64,000 nucleotides of DNA from Camelus dromedarius (taxonomy: Eukaryota). Position 1 is the first letter of the stretch; every line of letters starts with the position of its first letter. A program made the translations under genes and the position numbers. Below are positions 62,301-64,000 of this stretch, one piece after another. Location: contig NC_087437.1 in NCBI RefSeq assembly GCF_036321535.1, positions 45,758,001-45,822,000 of the forward strand, given 5' to 3'. Below the pieces are notes generated by a model that ran no database searches, had not been told where the DNA came from, and saw nothing but the letters and a program-made list of their open reading frames with translations.

Positions 62301-64000
62301 CAAGGAAAAAAAAAATACACAAGATGCAGCACTGAATCTGGAGCTAGGGTAAAAATAGAGGATCTGAAATCCTGACTAGCTTGTTGAGAGAAGCCCAAAC
62401 ATTAAGACAGAGGCTAAACATACATGATGGGGAAAGAAGGGCAGAGGAAGTGATGGCCGCAAGTGAGGACTGCTTCAGAAGTAGCTGATTGGTTTTATAT
62501 GAGATGCTGTTAGTGTTACCTTTTGCATTTTCCCCTTCACCACAAATTTAATAACTTTATTTTCACTGCAGCGCCATCAATTTTAGCTGGGTTGTGCTAT
62601 GATTCACTTCCCCAGAGCGTTTGCGTAATACGCATCCCGCAGGTCTCATTTCTGTAAATCACTGCTTTGTGGGGGAGAAGGGGGGTGGATTTCAGGCGCA
62701 CTCCTGCCTTTGAGTGAGTTTCAAGACCGAAAGGAGATTGCATTTCCTGATTGCTAAGTTATCTCTGCTGTTCACTGAGAAATAATTTTCCCTATAACAC
62801 TTCGGTTTGTATATTCGATAAAGTTAATATCTGTGAAATCAGTTGATTCTCACTGCGCTAAATTATACTGGAATAGACAGAAGATTGACTTCCTGGTATT
62901 GACAAGAGAAAACTCTCAATGTCTTTTGACTTATTATCTCTGGCAGTTGGAAAGAATTACAATAAAACATGAAATGACTTTACAGGGTATGTTTAGAGAG
63001 CAAAGAAAATTAATGGAGGGATGGATTCTTAGGGTATTTTGCCTTTTGACAAAGATTTCTACTTCCTGTCAAATACTTCGTCTGAAATGAACTGGAGGAA
63101 CACAATGTAAATTGATTTATCCACACCCTAAGAAATACCTGAGGTTTAACTGCCTCTGCAATATTTATGTTTACATAAATAATTCAAGGGCAAATTAAAC
63201 CAGCTTTTATAATCACCTCCCACAGAGGCACATGGCTCAGTCCCAAGGACTTAACTGTGACTTGATGAAGGTACTTAGGTCACTACAACCAATAACCCTT
63301 ACAGAAAGTCCTAAAGGCATAAAGGAAAGAAATCCATAGCTTTCAAGCCTAAGCCCGTAGGAAGAAATACCGTATTTGCAGTTGATTCTAAGCACTGTGG
63401 GCTTCGGGAAACATAGCTCTATTAATGATGAATTTTCTAAATATACACTGTTTCAGCCTCATCCATGAGCTCATAGCACACCCAATCCTCAACGCACAGC
63501 TGAGCGACACCTTCCCCTAACCCGTGTGTCGTCACCTAACCTGGGCGAGCAGCTGCCTCCTCCGCAGTGTTCAGTTCACCATCTTCGGTCATTCACTCTC
63601 CGGGGAGCCACTTGCCTCCTTTCATTCTGCTCACTCTCCTGTAGTTCTGCCCAGGGACGAAGCTGTCGTCACAGACACAGCCTCTAGACAGAGGAGAAGC
63701 AGGCGAGCTCATGGCCAGCATCCTACCGGATTGTTCACCTGCCAGGTGACAACTTTCTCTTTTTCCAAGAACTCATATTTGAAAGTCCAGGATTGAAAAC
63801 AAGATTTTTAAAAATCATATATCCTGTCACTTGCTAGTTGAAATAGTAACTAAAATTTGCATTGAATGTTATAGCTTATTAAGTGATTCCCTTACATTAT
63901 CCGACTTACTCTGCTCCTAACCGAACTGAAGCAATTAGTCTAATTTGGTTGTGCAGACAAGGAAATTGCAGCTCAAAGAGGTTGAGAAGTTTTCTCCCCG

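Noticed and set aside
1..64000. CRISPR array, prokaryotic operon/defence system, or an identifiable host gene
   Set aside because: No regularly spaced repeats or gene-dense structure; the sequence is eutherian repeat-rich DNA and no host coding exon was recognised, so no gene symbol is assigned

Overview
Repeat-rich mammalian genomic DNA, intronic or intergenic, most likely from a camelid: there is a Vic-1-type tRNA-derived SINE at 690-803 and I recognised no ruminant, pig or CHR SINEs. I recognised no host protein-coding exon. Nearly all short ORFs in the track are noise, with many starting at TTG or GTG. The dominant feature is a full-length ~7.1 kb LINE-1 (about 9487-16589, + strand) with a 13-bp target-site duplication (TSD), a CpG-rich 1.67-kb 5' UTR, ORF1, a 404-bp inter-ORF spacer, ORF2 (EN/RT/CCHC) and a poly(A) tail. 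It is disabled by five readable lesions and sits inside an older L2 relic. The most informative additional structure is an L1 3' transduction at 41612-42296: a perfect 17-bp TSD encloses a truncated L1 3' end plus ~255 bp of captured donor flank with its own AATAAA and second poly(A). Also noted: an unusual translation and splicing architecture of the L1 (ATG-depleted 5' UTR; ATG-rich spacer with a splice acceptor and a 75-aa ORF overlapping the ORF2 start), a series of L1 3'-UTR subfamilies, nested LTR insertions, a left-to-right CpG contrast between MLT1 copies, and several repeat-free candidate regulatory blocks or cryptic exons. Repeat family names and the boundaries of old elements come from recalled consensus sequences and are approximate. 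I found no evidence for a wholly new biological system.
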